Assembly (NCBI GenBank): GCA_017610205.1
Contig: JAFCCL010000003.1
Coordinates: 62,353-126,352, forward strand
Direction: 5' to 3'
DNA length: 64,000 nucleotides
Source of the DNA: Candidatus Iainarchaeum sp.
Lineage (GTDB): Archaea > Iainarchaeota > Iainarchaeia > Iainarchaeales > GCA-2688035
The notes beneath the pieces are model-generated. The model saw only the letters and a program-made list of their open reading frames with translations, ran no database searches and was not told where the DNA came from. Made by a program: the position numbers and the translations under genes. This document shows, in pieces, positions 48,316 to 58,331 of the stretch; the first letter of the stretch is position 1; each line of letters begins with the position of its first letter.

Positions 48316-49557
48316 ATGACTCAATTAGATATTGCAAAAAGCGGAAAGGTAAGCAGAGAAGTAAGGTTTGCTGCAAAAAACGAACCGGTTAGTGCTGAAG
48401 GGCTGCGGAGGCTGATTGCGTCAGGCAAGGCTGTTTTGCCTGCAAACGAATTGCACAAAAAGCTTAAGCCAATTGCAATTGGCCAGGGGCTTAAAACAAA
48501 AATTAATGCAAATCTTGGAACTTCTAAGTTAAATGCAAGTTTGAAGAAAGAGCTTGAAAAAATGGATGTTGCAATAAAATTTGGAGCTGACGCCGTAATG
48601 GATTTGAGTACTGGCGGAAACATTGACAGGATAAGAAAGGAAATTATAAAAAGGTCAAATGTTCCTGTTGGAACAGTTCCGATTTACCAGGCTTTTGCAG
48701 GAAAAGGAATCAAGGATGTAACAGGGGACGATATGTTTGCAGCAATTGAAAAACACTGCAATGACGGGGTTGACTTTGTAACACTTCACTGCGGTGTAAC
48801 AAAAAAGGCACTGTCTCTTTCAAAGAAAAGGCTTGCAGGGGTTGTAAGCAGAGGCGGTTCCTTGTTATTAAAGTGGATTGCGTGTAACTCTGCTGAAAAT
48901 CCTTTGTACAAAAATTTTGATTATGTTTTGGAGATTGCAAGAAAGCATGATGTAACTTTAAGTTTGGGCGACGGATTAAGACCTGGGTGCATTAAGGATG
49001 CTACTGATAAACTGCAATTGCTGGAATTGAAGCTTATTGCAAGTCTTGCAAAAAGGGCAAGGGCTGCAAATGTTCAAGTATTAATTGAGGGCCCTGGTCA
49101 CATTCCCCTAAATCAGATTGAGAAAAATGTAAAATTGCAAAAAAAGCTTTCGGGAAACACTCCATTTTACGTTCTTGGGCCAATTGTTACAGACATAGCT
49201 CCTGGTTATGACCACATTACAAGTGCAATTGGCGGAGCTCTTGCAGCCTTTTACGGAGCCGATTTCTTATGCTATGTCACTCCAAGTGAACATCTGTGTC
49301 TTCCAAATGTTCAGGATGTAAAAGAGGGCATAATTGCTGCAAAGATTGCAGCCCATGCTGCAGACCTTGCCAGTAGATTAAAGGGTGTTCAGGAACAGGA
49401 TGACAAAATTTCTTTTTATAGAAGAAATCTTAACTGGAAGAAAATGTTTGATTTGGCTTTGGATAAGGAAAAGGCAATTGCTTACAGAAAAAAATCAAAG
49501 GCAAAAGGAAAAAACTGCACAATGTGCGGAGAGTTGTGTTCCTTAAAGGGGCTGTGA
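48316..49557 (+). CDS. thiC: Phosphomethylpyrimidine synthase
   Basis: KINANLG, MDLSTG, GTVPIYQ, SRGGS, EGPGH, CYVTPSEHL, CTMCGELC. Confidence 0.96.
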   Translation: MTQLDIAKSGKVSREVRFAAKNEPVSAEGLRRLIASGKAVLPANELHKKLKPIAIGQGLKTKINANLGTSKLNASLKKELEKMDVAIKFGADAVMDLSTGGNIDRIRKEIIKRSNVPVGTVPIYQAFAGKGIKDVTGDDMFAAIEKHCNDGVDFVTLHCGVTKKALSLSKKRLAGVVSRGGSLLLKWIACNSAENPLYKNFDYVLEIARKHDVTLSLGDGLRPGCIKDATDKLQLLELKLIASLAKRARAANVQVLIEGPGHIPLNQIEKNVKLQKKLSGNTPFYVLGPIVTDIAPGYDHITSAIGGALAAFYGADFLCYVTPSEHLCLPNVQDVKEGIIAAKIAAHAADLASRLKGVQEQDDKISFYRRNLNWKKMFDLALDKEKAIAYRKKSKAKGKNCTMCGELCSLKGL

Positions 49558-49560
49558 AAG

Positions 49561-50505
49561 ATGCAAATAAAAACAATTGGCGGAGAGCAAGCGCTCATAA
49601 AGATGATTAAAAGAAAACCAAGAAACAAAAATGTTTTGCTTGGAATCGGAGACGATGCCGCAATAATTAAGGCTGGAAAAAAGGTTGTTTTGACAACAGA
49701 CCTTTTGGTTGAAGACGACCACTTTTCACTAAAGTGGTCAACTCCAAAACAGGTTGGGGCGAAAGCAATAGAAGTCAATGTGAGCGACATTGCTGCAATG
49801 AATGCCAGTCCATTGTATGCTTTGGTAAGCGTTTGTCTGAAAAAAAACACAAGTGTTGAATTTGTTAAAGGGCTGTACAATGGCATTAATTCTGCTGCAA
49901 AAAAATACGGAATTGACGTAATTGGCGGAGACTTTACACACGGAGAAAAAATTGTCATAAACATTGCAATGATTGGAGAGCCTGTTGGAAAGCCTGTTTT
50001 GAGAAAGGGAGCAAAGCCAAACGATTACATTTTTGTTTCAGGAAAAACCGGGGAAAGCACTGCCGGTCTGGAGCTTTTTAGAAAAAAAGCAAAGGGGTTT
50101 AAGCGAATTAAAAAAAAGCACCTTGAGCCAAAAGCTGAGCTGAAAAAAGCTCTGCAAATTGGAAAAATTGCAACGTCAATGGAGGATGTAAGCGACGGCA
50201 TTGCCTCTGAAGTAAAAAACATTTGTGCCCAAAGCAAATGCGGTGCAGAAATCTTTACTGACAAAATTCCAATTGCTTTTGATGTAAAAAAGGCCGCTGA
50301 AAGAGTTGGAAAAAATGCGTTAAGTTTTTCGCTGTTTGGAGGCGAAGACTTTCAGTTGGTTTTCACTGTTGGCAAAAAAAATCTGGGCAAGGCAAAAAAG
50401 CTTGGAACATTAATTGGAAGAATAACTTCTGGAAAAAAGATTTTTTTGGTTGAAAACTTCAAAAAAAGTGAATTGAAAAAAGCAGGCTATGACCATTTTG
50501 CCTAA
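49561..50505 (+). CDS. thiL: Thiamine-monophosphate kinase
   Basis: GIGDDAA, NVSDIAAM, GGD, DVSDG, GGEDFQL. Confidence 0.93.
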   Translation: MQIKTIGGEQALIKMIKRKPRNKNVLLGIGDDAAIIKAGKKVVLTTDLLVEDDHFSLKWSTPKQVGAKAIEVNVSDIAAMNASPLYALVSVCLKKNTSVEFVKGLYNGINSAAKKYGIDVIGGDFTHGEKIVINIAMIGEPVGKPVLRKGAKPNDYIFVSGKTGESTAGLELFRKKAKGFKRIKKKHLEPKAELKKALQIGKIATSMEDVSDGIASEVKNICAQSKCGAEIFTDKIPIAFDVKKAAERVGKNALSFSLFGGEDFQLVFTVGKKNLGKAKKLGTLIGRITSGKKIFLVENFKKSELKKAGYDHFA

Positions 50506-50592
50506 CTGGATTAATTTGAGTGCTTTTGGTTACTTTGAGGTCTTTTAAGAGTACTTTAAGGTCTTTTGATTACTTTGCAGTTTTTTCAGGAA

Positions 50593-50757
50593 TTACTTTG
50601 TGACCTTTTTTACCTTGTGCTTTAATCTTAGGCGAATGCTTCCGCATTTTCTGCACTTTCTCGGCTTTCCGCTTGGACATCTGTTTTTTGCATTGCATTT
50701 CATGCAAATCCAGATATTTTTGAAAAGTCTATTTTCTGCTTCTTCAAACTTTACCAT
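50593..50757 (-). CDS. rpl40e: 50S ribosomal protein L40e
   Basis: Not in ORF track: [48 protein letters not shown]. Confidence 0.9.
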   Translation of the reverse strand: MVKFEEAENRLFKNIWICMKCNAKNRCPSGKPRKCRKCGSIRLRLKHKVKKVTK

Positions 50758-50823
50758 AAAAAAACCACTCAAACTCAGGGCAGTAGAAATATTTTGCAGG
50801 GCAATAGCTTTTTAAAACAAACT

Positions 50824-51363
50824 TCAAGCCTTGCCTGGTTTTCCTCTAATTCCTGACTTTTTTCCCTTTGCTGTATTGCCTTTCTTTGCAAAAATCAGAT
50901 AAATAAAATGTATCCAGGTTACTATTGCAATAATTATTGCTGTGTAAAAAATCCAAGCAGTTTCAGGGTTTACCACAATCTGCATATTTGGCTCACTTGC
51001 AACCAGTGTTGGAGTTGTAGCAAGTATTGCCGGATAAGTTGGATAAGCCATGTTTCCAATAAAGCCAAGCATTGAAGTTGGAGAAAGTGCAGTAATCAAA
51101 AGTATAAGATTCAAAGCAAGCAGTATTGTGCTTATTGTTGATTTCTTCAAAAATATGTTTCCCAATCCTGGCAAAAAAACATTTGCAATAATTCCAACCA
51201 AAACCTTTTTGCTTTTAGTCCTATGTTCTGTTACTGGGGCATTTCCTTTTAGTACCCTAGGGTCGATCTTTTCGTCTTTAGTAATTGGATATACATCTGG
51301 TTTTTGGTCTTCTATTTCGTGTATATCAAATGTTCCAGGGTCAAATGTTCCAGACATGTCCAA
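50824..51363 (-). CDS. Membrane protein (TM2-like motif)
   Basis: ANVFLPGLGNIFL motif, about 3 TM segments. Confidence 0.6.
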   Translation of the reverse strand: MDMSGTFDPGTFDIHEIEDQKPDVYPITKDEKIDPRVLKGNAPVTEHRTKSKKVLVGIIANVFLPGLGNIFLKKSTISTILLALNLILLITALSPTSMLGFIGNMAYPTYPAILATTPTLVASEPNMQIVVNPETAWIFYTAIIIAIVTWIHFIYLIFAKKGNTAKGKKSGIRGKPGKA

Positions 51364-51430
51364 TTAATAGGGTGATTTGATTTAAAAAAGTTGCCCTTAA
51401 TAATTTCTTTAATAATTGGAGCTTTTTCTT

Positions 51431-51505
51431 GCCCCGATAGTGTAGTCCGGTTAAGCACTCGAGCCTTTCAAGCTCGTAGCCTGGGTTCAAATCCCGGTCG
51501 GGGCA
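51431..51505 (+). tRNA. tRNA-Glu(TTC)
   Basis: GCCCCGA/TCGGGGC acceptor stem, CGAGC-CTTTCAA-GCTCG, GGTTCAAATCC. Confidence 0.93.
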
Positions 51506-51673
51506 TCAGCTCTCCAATTCCGTGCCCTAAGGCCCTTCTTTAAAAAGGCTTCGGTTGAGGAAAGTGAAAAGTATGTAAAAAGCTTTTGATTGAAAAGAAG
51601 ATGTTTGATAACACAATGGAAGAAACAGATTCAGCAAATGCCTTTTTATTAATTTTCTTAGGAAAAATTAGTT

Positions 51674-53755
51674 ATGGTAGGCGGGTTGAATAGATTCAAA
51701 GAAATTTGTGTAATAGCTTTTGTTTTAACGTTAATTTTGGTTGCTGTTAATGCGACAAAGATTGATGCTGTTTTTGAAAATGCTCCACTGGCATTTGTTG
51801 ATGAAAAAACTTATGAGCTAAATGAAAATAAAGTGGTTATTAAAAACCTTGAAGAACCGTTAGAACAAAAAACAATTCAGGCAAAGGAAAACTTGCAATT
51901 CATTTTTGTTGATAAAGAAAACATTTACGCCGGCAACAACGGCAAGATATTTGTTTGGAAAAAAGACACCTTGAATTTAATAGAGGAAATTGTTTTTTTG
52001 CAAAACAATTTGGAATACGTTTTTGCAAACCCATTCGCCCTCCAGGGAATTGACAGCGAAGGAAACGTTTACTCCTTGGACAAGAGTTCTTTTAAAAACC
52101 AAGAGCGTATGGAGCCGCAGTCTCTTACAGCAATGACTACATCTAGTAAAGGCTTAGATATGCAAATTACAAATGAAAGCGCATCTAATCCTTTAAGCGT
52201 CCAAATCACCTATCCAAATGGAGAAGAGTATTTGCACGGGAAAACGAGCGTAAAATTTAATTGGAAAAGTAGCAGCAAACAAAATCAACTACTTGCAAAC
52301 ATCTATACAAGAAACACTTACTGGTGTACGCTGGCCCAAGACGTGAATCTTTTAGACCAAACAATTTGCGTTGATTCTGACAACAACCAGGCAACAACAA
52401 ACCAGTGCGTTTACCAAGTAGATTTAAAGAACTGCTATATGTCAACGATATCGTATCCTCCAACCTATTTAGAAGAGCAAGTAAAATTTTTTGTTGCAAT
52501 TGCAAGCCCTTCCTACTCAGCCCAAGATTATTCAAACAATTTCTTAAAAATTTATAACACAGTTCCAATAATAGAACTCATTAACCCGACCCCAGAGGGA
52601 GCTACTAGTTGTGGAGCCTATACATACAAGTTTACAGTAGAAGACACTGAAGGAGACCCTATCAAGTACGCAATACTTGTTTTAAATCCCCAGCAAAAGT
52701 GGGGAACCGAATGCCAACAACAGCTAGGAGATATAGATATCAACCAATACTGCAACTTTGACGGCAACACAGCACACAAATTCACTTGCGAAATTCCATT
52801 AAACTTGCCAGAATTATACGACCCTTGGGAATCATGCTGCTATAACCCAACTTCAGGTTGCAGTGACTCAAACTTCAGTGTAAAGATCTGGATTGGCGAC
52901 GACTACTATGGATATAACTTTGGACTCTACACCCCGTATGTCTATTTCCCGCCTTACTGCCAGGCACCAAGTATGCCATATTATCTGGAGCCACAATCCG
53001 GAACATTCAACAGATATATGAGAATTTATACTGCCGGTAGTTCTTCCACACATTACCCTTTTTGCATAGACACGTTTGATCCAGAAATGATGATGATAAC
53101 AACACCATGTTGGTTCTATGAAATAGAAGCAACAATAAATGGAAGCAATTGGATTCCACTAACATATTGGTTTGACAGGTTGGGCACAGGAAATTTTTAT
53201 CTTACAAAAAGCGCATTGGATTTCATTACACCCATACCAGCAGAAACACACCAAATAGATTTAAGGTCAAAGGCATGTCTTGGAGACCCAGAAACACCTC
53301 CAGAATGGCCTCAATGGCGCTTCCAAAGCTGCTCAAACTATTATAACCCACAAGAGACAATAACACTAACAAGTGGACCAAATTGCAACGACGGAATAAA
53401 AAACGGTGACGAAACCGACATCGACTGCGGAGGCATATGCAGCCCTTGCCAAAACGCCAAAAACTGTTTGGTGAATGAAGACTGTGAAAGCGGATACTGC
53501 AATCCAGACAAGGTTTGTGCTGTTAAAAGAAACCTGTACATTGAATGGATTAAACCAATCCAGGTAGTTGAAGACGTTCCGCTTGTCGCAGGCAAGGCAA
53601 CGGTTGTAAGGGTAAAGGTTGTAAACGACGGGCCTGCTGTTGACACAAGCGTTAAAATAAACTACAACGGCTGGATTTCAGAACAGCCAGTTCACATTAA
53701 CGAATTTGATTTCAAAATAGTGGATTTTTACCCACCAAACCAATACACAAACTAA
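51674..53755 (+). CDS. Secreted Cys-rich multidomain surface protein
   Basis: Signal peptide, Ig-like YPNGEE module, CNDGIKNGDETDIDCGG repeat, C-terminal PIQVV..VPLVAGKATVVRV. Confidence 0.8.
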   Translation: MVGGLNRFKEICVIAFVLTLILVAVNATKIDAVFENAPLAFVDEKTYELNENKVVIKNLEEPLEQKTIQAKENLQFIFVDKENIYAGNNGKIFVWKKDTLNLIEEIVFLQNNLEYVFANPFALQGIDSEGNVYSLDKSSFKNQERMEPQSLTAMTTSSKGLDMQITNESASNPLSVQITYPNGEEYLHGKTSVKFNWKSSSKQNQLLANIYTRNTYWCTLAQDVNLLDQTICVDSDNNQATTNQCVYQVDLKNCYMSTISYPPTYLEEQVKFFVAIASPSYSAQDYSNNFLKIYNTVPIIELINPTPEGATSCGAYTYKFTVEDTEGDPIKYAILVLNPQQKWGTECQQQLGDIDINQYCNFDGNTAHKFTCEIPLNLPELYDPWESCCYNPTSGCSDSNFSVKIWIGDDYYGYNFGLYTPYVYFPPYCQAPSMPYYLEPQSGTFNRYMRIYTAGSSSTHYPFCIDTFDPEMMMITTPCWFYEIEATINGSNWIPLTYWFDRLGTGNFYLTKSALDFITPIPAETHQIDLRSKACLGDPETPPEWPQWRFQSCSNYYNPQETITLTSGPNCNDGIKNGDETDIDCGGICSPCQNAKNCLVNEDCESGYCNPDKVCAVKRNLYIEWIKPIQVVEDVPLVAGKATVVRVKVVNDGPAVDTSVKINYNGWISEQPVHINEFDFKIVDFYPPNQYTN

Positions 53756-53769
53756 AGGATGATGAGAAA

Positions 53770-54150
53770 ATGGAAAAAGGAAAGAATTTCAAAGAAGGAT
53801 TGAAAAGTTTTCTAAAACAGGCCTGGTTAAAGATAATTATTGTCTTTGTGCTTTTTTTGCCAATTATCTTAGACAGTATAACTACTTTTTGTGTTATTTC
53901 CAAAGAAGGCGTCACCAATTGTTCCGGATTGGTGAGCACAGTTGCCGAACCTATTTTCCAGCCTTATTTGATAGCTATGACAGCACTGCCTGCAGCAGTT
54001 GCCGCATATTGGCAAGGATTAGCTCCAGGAAATGGCCTTATAATGCTCACAGGAGTAGTGATATTCTTGTGCCTGCAAATTTTCTACGTTTACTTAATCA
54101 GCTGTGTAATAAACTACATCTGGATTAAAATAAGAGGTTACAAAAAATGA
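53770..54150 (+). CDS. Small membrane protein
   Basis: About 3 hydrophobic segments; ATGA overlap with the next gene. Confidence 0.7.
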   Translation: MEKGKNFKEGLKSFLKQAWLKIIIVFVLFLPIILDSITTFCVISKEGVTNCSGLVSTVAEPIFQPYLIAMTALPAAVAAYWQGLAPGNGLIMLTGVVIFLCLQIFYVYLISCVINYIWIKIRGYKK

Positions 54151-55904
54151 GTAAAGAAGAATTTCTTAAAAGAATAGTTTTCAGTCTTATTTTTTTGATA
54201 GCCCTAAGTAGTAATGTCAATTCAATGATTCAGATAGAAGCTACTATAGATCCAAATAACTTAATTAATGAAAGTGATGAAAGTAACACAATACTTGTCG
54301 AAAACCAAGTAGTAGAAACAAGAGGACTCAGAATTTTATTTTTGCCAATTGATTTTGACATGGAAAATGATGAAGAGAAAAAAAGTTATGAAAAAGCTGT
54401 TGAAGAACAGAAAGAATATCTTAAGGCAGTATATCCATTAGCAGAAGATGGTTTGGAAGTTTCGGCATTTTCAAACAGTATATATACAGCAGAAAGAACT
54501 ACACTGATTGAAACAATCCTTCTAGTAAAAGTGGCGAAAGAACTTGCGGGGTTTTTTGATTTTGGGATTGGAATAGTTCCTGAAAACTGGTTTTATGAAA
54601 AATTTGGTACAAGTTCCGGAGGCGCAAAATTTCCAATAATACCTAACGCGGTCTTAGCAGATATATCATCAAAAGAGATAGTCGCACATGAGATAGGACA
54701 CGAATTTGGTTTGTGTGATGAGTACAATGGCTATTGTGGGAATGTAGTTTGCTTTTATGAAGGTATTCCAATTCTTGGCGGATTGGGTTGTACTTTTTGT
54801 CCAAACAAATATGGACAAAGTTGCGAAATAGAAGGCAGTTGCGTTGCAGGACAACAAGCAGCCACTTGCATAGGCGAATCAAATTTGAAAGGATTTTGGG
54901 TTAACAAAAGAAAAGAGATTGGTCAAAATATTAATTACTTTAGTTTTATGGGACAGGGAGGAAGTTATAGATGGGCAAGCCAAGATGTTTACAACCACTT
55001 ACTCTCGAAATTGTCCGTTTCTCCTCTTTCTTTTTCTTCAACTTCGTTCAGTTCTCTTGACAAGGTCGCTTACTTTTCTTCTTCTAATCAGCAGATTCTA
55101 GTTTCAGGCCTAGTTGACAAAAACGGATGGGTTGGCTTGCAGGGATTTTATGTTATTGACAATAGCCCTGAACAGGATATCCCAACAGGAGACTACTCTT
55201 TGAAGCTTTTGGATTCTCAAAACAATATTTTGCTTGACCAAAGCTTTGGAGTTTCCTTCCTGCTTTTGAGCGACCCTCCAATTGACTTGAACACAAGCGG
55301 TTTTGTCTTCACAGTGCCGTTTATTGAGGGAACAAAAACAATTGAAGTAATCTACAACGGCGAAATAAAGGCAGAACGCGTTGTTTCAGACAACCCGCCA
55401 ACAGTTTCAATAATTTCACCAAACGGCAACGAAAAATGGAACGGTGTGCGAACAATAGAGTGGAATGCAGGCGATGCAGATGGCGACAGCCTTAGTTTCG
55501 TACTCCAATACAGTGACGACAACGGAAGCATATGGAACCCAATTGCCATAAACCTAAGTGAAACAAATTATGACCTCAACTTTGACATTCTCAAACCAGC
55601 CAATACTTACAAAATCAAGGTAATTGCAACAGACGGTATTCTAACAGAAGAAGCAACCTCAAACACATTCACCATCCAGCCACAAGACTCTACTGACATA
55701 GATTCCGATGGCGACGGAGTAAATGATGAATTTGACAAATGCCCAAATACAATTAGAGTACTAGAGGTATACGGCTGTTCCTGCGAGCAAATACTTGAAT
55801 TAAAACCAGGCAAGGATGAAGGCGAACTAAAAAATGGCTGCTCTCCAGGCACAATAAAAGTTTTCAAAAAACAAATAGGATGGGCAAAAAACATATTTGA
55901 ATAG
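54147..55904 (+). CDS. Secreted zinc metallopeptidase with Ig-like and TSP3-like domains
   Basis: Signal peptide, IDPNNLINESDESN, HEIGHEFGLCDEY, SFMG Met-turn-like motif, DADGD, DSDGDGVNDEFDKCPNT. Confidence 0.82.
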   Translation: MSKEEFLKRIVFSLIFLIALSSNVNSMIQIEATIDPNNLINESDESNTILVENQVVETRGLRILFLPIDFDMENDEEKKSYEKAVEEQKEYLKAVYPLAEDGLEVSAFSNSIYTAERTTLIETILLVKVAKELAGFFDFGIGIVPENWFYEKFGTSSGGAKFPIIPNAVLADISSKEIVAHEIGHEFGLCDEYNGYCGNVVCFYEGIPILGGLGCTFCPNKYGQSCEIEGSCVAGQQAATCIGESNLKGFWVNKRKEIGQNINYFSFMGQGGSYRWASQDVYNHLLSKLSVSPLSFSSTSFSSLDKVAYFSSSNQQILVSGLVDKNGWVGLQGFYVIDNSPEQDIPTGDYSLKLLDSQNNILLDQSFGVSFLLLSDPPIDLNTSGFVFTVPFIEGTKTIEVIYNGEIKAERVVSDNPPTVSIISPNGNEKWNGVRTIEWNAGDADGDSLSFVLQYSDDNGSIWNPIAINLSETNYDLNFDILKPANTYKIKVIATDGILTEEATSNTFTIQPQDSTDIDSDGDGVNDEFDKCPNTIRVLEVYGCSCEQILELKPGKDEGELKNGCSPGTIKVFKKQIGWAKNIFE

Positions 55905-56880
55905 CCACTTTTTTCCAAAAACTAAACGAATCTATTTAATGATAGTGGAAAATAGAACATGTGAAGGGTTTTTGGAAAAAAATTCTTTGAAAAAAGTTGC
56001 AGAAGAAGGCCTGAAGACTTTTCAAAGCAAAGAAAAGAGAGCAAACCTATTGAAAGAATATGAATTAATCGGAAAAAAAGTCTTTGCTTTTATTGAGTCG
56101 CAAAAAGATTTGGCTTCTTTGACCCCAGAACAATTAATGGAAATTCTAAAACAAATAAAACAAATGTTTGAATCGTCTGTTGGCACCTACTTTTTAACAG
56201 AACCAGAGACAACTATAAAGGTCGCCAAAGAAATGAATGATCTGGAATGGGTTCCTATGGTTGCAAAAGCAAGGTTCAAGCTTCGGAAAGCATGGTCTTC
56301 ACTAGTCAATTGGACAGAAGAAACCTTTTTTAGAGAACTTGGCAAGCGATTAAATATAGATTCCGAAATTATTAGTCACTTTTTATTTGAAGAACTGGTA
56401 AGTAAAAATCCAAAAGACAGTTCAATTGCCCAAAGAAGAATGGATTTGTTTGTTTGTCAATTCGAGCAAAACGTCAAGATTCTTTCAGTTGAAAAAAAAG
56501 ATGTAAACAACTTCCGTAAAACTATCTTCAAGTCATCAGGCATCTTGACTGGAAGCCCAGTATACCATGGCTACACAGTTGGAAATGTTATTGTATGCAG
56601 CTTTGAAAAATTGGAAAAAAATCTAGAAAAACTCAAGAATTTGAAAGAAAAACGAATCTTAATAACTGAAATGACTCGACCAGAGCTAGTGCCATTCTTT
56701 AGCAAATTATCAGGCATTGTAACAGATGAAGGCGGCTTACTTTGCCACGCAAGCATAGTTGCACGCGAATACAAACTGCCGTGTGTTGTAGGAACAAATA
56801 GTGCCACACGTTTACTCAAAGACGAAGATGAAATTGAACTAGACGCTGAAAGCGGAACCATTAAAAAATTAAATCACTAG
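55897..56880 (+). CDS. PEP-utilising enzyme mobile (swivelling His) domain protein
   Basis: MTRPE, VTDEGGLLCHASIVAREYKLPCVVG; no ATP-grasp domain; start may be 55939. Confidence 0.82.
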   Translation: MNSHFFPKTKRIYLMIVENRTCEGFLEKNSLKKVAEEGLKTFQSKEKRANLLKEYELIGKKVFAFIESQKDLASLTPEQLMEILKQIKQMFESSVGTYFLTEPETTIKVAKEMNDLEWVPMVAKARFKLRKAWSSLVNWTEETFFRELGKRLNIDSEIISHFLFEELVSKNPKDSSIAQRRMDLFVCQFEQNVKILSVEKKDVNNFRKTIFKSSGILTGSPVYHGYTVGNVIVCSFEKLEKNLEKLKNLKEKRILITEMTRPELVPFFSKLSGIVTDEGGLLCHASIVAREYKLPCVVGTNSATRLLKDEDEIELDAESGTIKKLNH

Positions 56881-56983
56881 CTGAAATAATTTGGAGGTAA
56901 TCTAAGATGAGAAAAGAAAACGCATTTCAGGTTCAGTTTTCCCAAACCTCCTACAACAAACCCCAAACTAACCACAAGAAAGA

Positions 56984-57000
56984 TTCAAATCCTGGTCGGG
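56984..57000 (+). repeat. Copy of tRNA-Glu 3' end (att-like)
   Basis: ttcaaatcctggtcggg vs tRNA ttcaaatcccggtcggg (16/17). Confidence 0.7.
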
Positions 57001-57040
57001 TATAATTCTATTTTTTAACAATATATTTAAATATGTGTAA

Positions 57041-57140
57041 CTACCGAAGTGAACATTCAGGAAAACAAAGAATAGTGTTTTCCATAAAAGGCAAATTAGT
57101 GATAATTGCAAAAATCGAGCACAGAAAAAAAAGCTTATAT
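57041..57140 (+). pseudogene. RelE-like toxin remnant
   Basis: YRSEHSGKQRIVFSIKGKLVIIAKIEHRKK resembles the RelE C-terminus. Confidence 0.5.
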
Positions 57141-57248
57141 AAAAAGGTAATTCTTAGGAGAGTTCAAATCCAGCCTGTGGCAAATTCATTTTTTTGTTAG
57201 TGCAATATGTTTTTATAATGGAAAAGACATTATTACTGTAGTGATTTT

Positions 57249-57440
57249 ATGCCGGCATCTATTACAATGGAAATCCTTTACAGGGAAATTAAAGACCTGA
57301 GAAAGGATATTGAAACTGTAAAACACGCACTAATTTCTGAAGAAAAGCTTTCGGCAAAAGAACTTGCAGAAATAAGAAAAACAAGAAAGGAAATGGAAGC
57401 AGGCAAAGAAAAAAGCTTTGAAGAGGTTTTTGCAGAATAA
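57249..57440 (+). CDS. Putative antitoxin
   Basis: 63 aa, EEKLSAKELAEI...GKEKSFEEV; directly upstream of RelE. Confidence 0.7.
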   Translation: MPASITMEILYREIKDLRKDIETVKHALISEEKLSAKELAEIRKTRKEMEAGKEKSFEEVFAE

Positions 57441-57723
57441 AAAGGCGGTTTCCTTATTTGAAGTAAAATTCAGCAATAAAGCAGAGAAAGCAATCAACAA
57501 AAGCGATTCAAAACTAAGAAAACGCTTAAAGGATCTGTTTGAAAAATTAATGCAAAACCCTGTGCCTGCCAAAAAATACGATTTGAGAAAAATTGCTGGC
57601 GAAGAAGACACTTACAGAATAAGACTTTCAAGTTTTAGGACAACCTACACAGTCTACTGGGAACAAAAGCTAATAAGAGTAACAAAAGTCAAGAAACGAA
57701 AAGAAAGCACATACAAACGATAA
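57418..57723 (+). CDS. RelE/ParE-family toxin
   Basis: FEVKFSNKAEK, NPVP, YRIRLSSFR. Confidence 0.85.
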   Translation: MKRFLQNKKAVSLFEVKFSNKAEKAINKSDSKLRKRLKDLFEKLMQNPVPAKKYDLRKIAGEEDTYRIRLSSFRTTYTVYWEQKLIRVTKVKKRKESTYKR

Positions 57724-57750
57724 CTAATCCCGGTCTTGGCAATTTTAATT

Positions 57751-58272
57751 TCATTCTTTTTTAATTATTTTGAGAATTTCTTTGGCTGTTTGTTTGGCTG
57801 TTTGTTTTGTTGTGTCAATTGTGTGCCATCTTTTTTCATTGTTTCTTTTGCTGAATTTGTTATGTAAATATATTGCTCTTTTTCCAACCACTAGTTTTTT
57901 GCTTCTGCCAGTGTCTCTTTTTTGAAGAGTTTTTTTGTCCGAACAAAGTCTGAAAATCAAAATGTTTTTCCCAAGGCGTTTGAAGAGAAAGTCAATGTCT
58001 TTTTTTGAAAAGGCCACGTCGTCAATGAAAACATTGAAGCCTGCTTTGGAAAAGTTTTTTGCAAGAACGCAGGCGTTTTCTGAAGCAAGGGCTATTTGCC
58101 TATGTGATTCACTGCTTTCCTGAGCTGGTTCAACGTTTCCATTTTGAATCATTTCTCTTAATAAATCAACGTCAATTCTTGCAGTTTTTGGAAATGCTTT
58201 GGCAAGTTCTTTTGTAACACTTGACTTGCCTACTCCTGGTGGCCCTGTTACAATGCAAATTATTGGTTTCAT
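57751..58272 (-). CDS. P-loop kinase (AAA_33-like)
   Basis: GPPGVGKS, IDVD, RD lid, IDTT. Confidence 0.75.
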   Translation of the reverse strand: MKPIICIVTGPPGVGKSSVTKELAKAFPKTARIDVDLLREMIQNGNVEPAQESSESHRQIALASENACVLAKNFSKAGFNVFIDDVAFSKKDIDFLFKRLGKNILIFRLCSDKKTLQKRDTGRSKKLVVGKRAIYLHNKFSKRNNEKRWHTIDTTKQTAKQTAKEILKIIKKE

Positions 58273-58331
58273 AACAAATATGTTTTAGGTGGCAAATCCC
58301 TTAAAAGACTTTTTTTCCCCAAATTCTTTTC

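Noticed and set aside
50530-50578. Short imperfect repeats (tacttt.aggtctttt) downstream of rpl40e
   Set aside because: Only two to three degenerate units in a convergent terminator region; no further support
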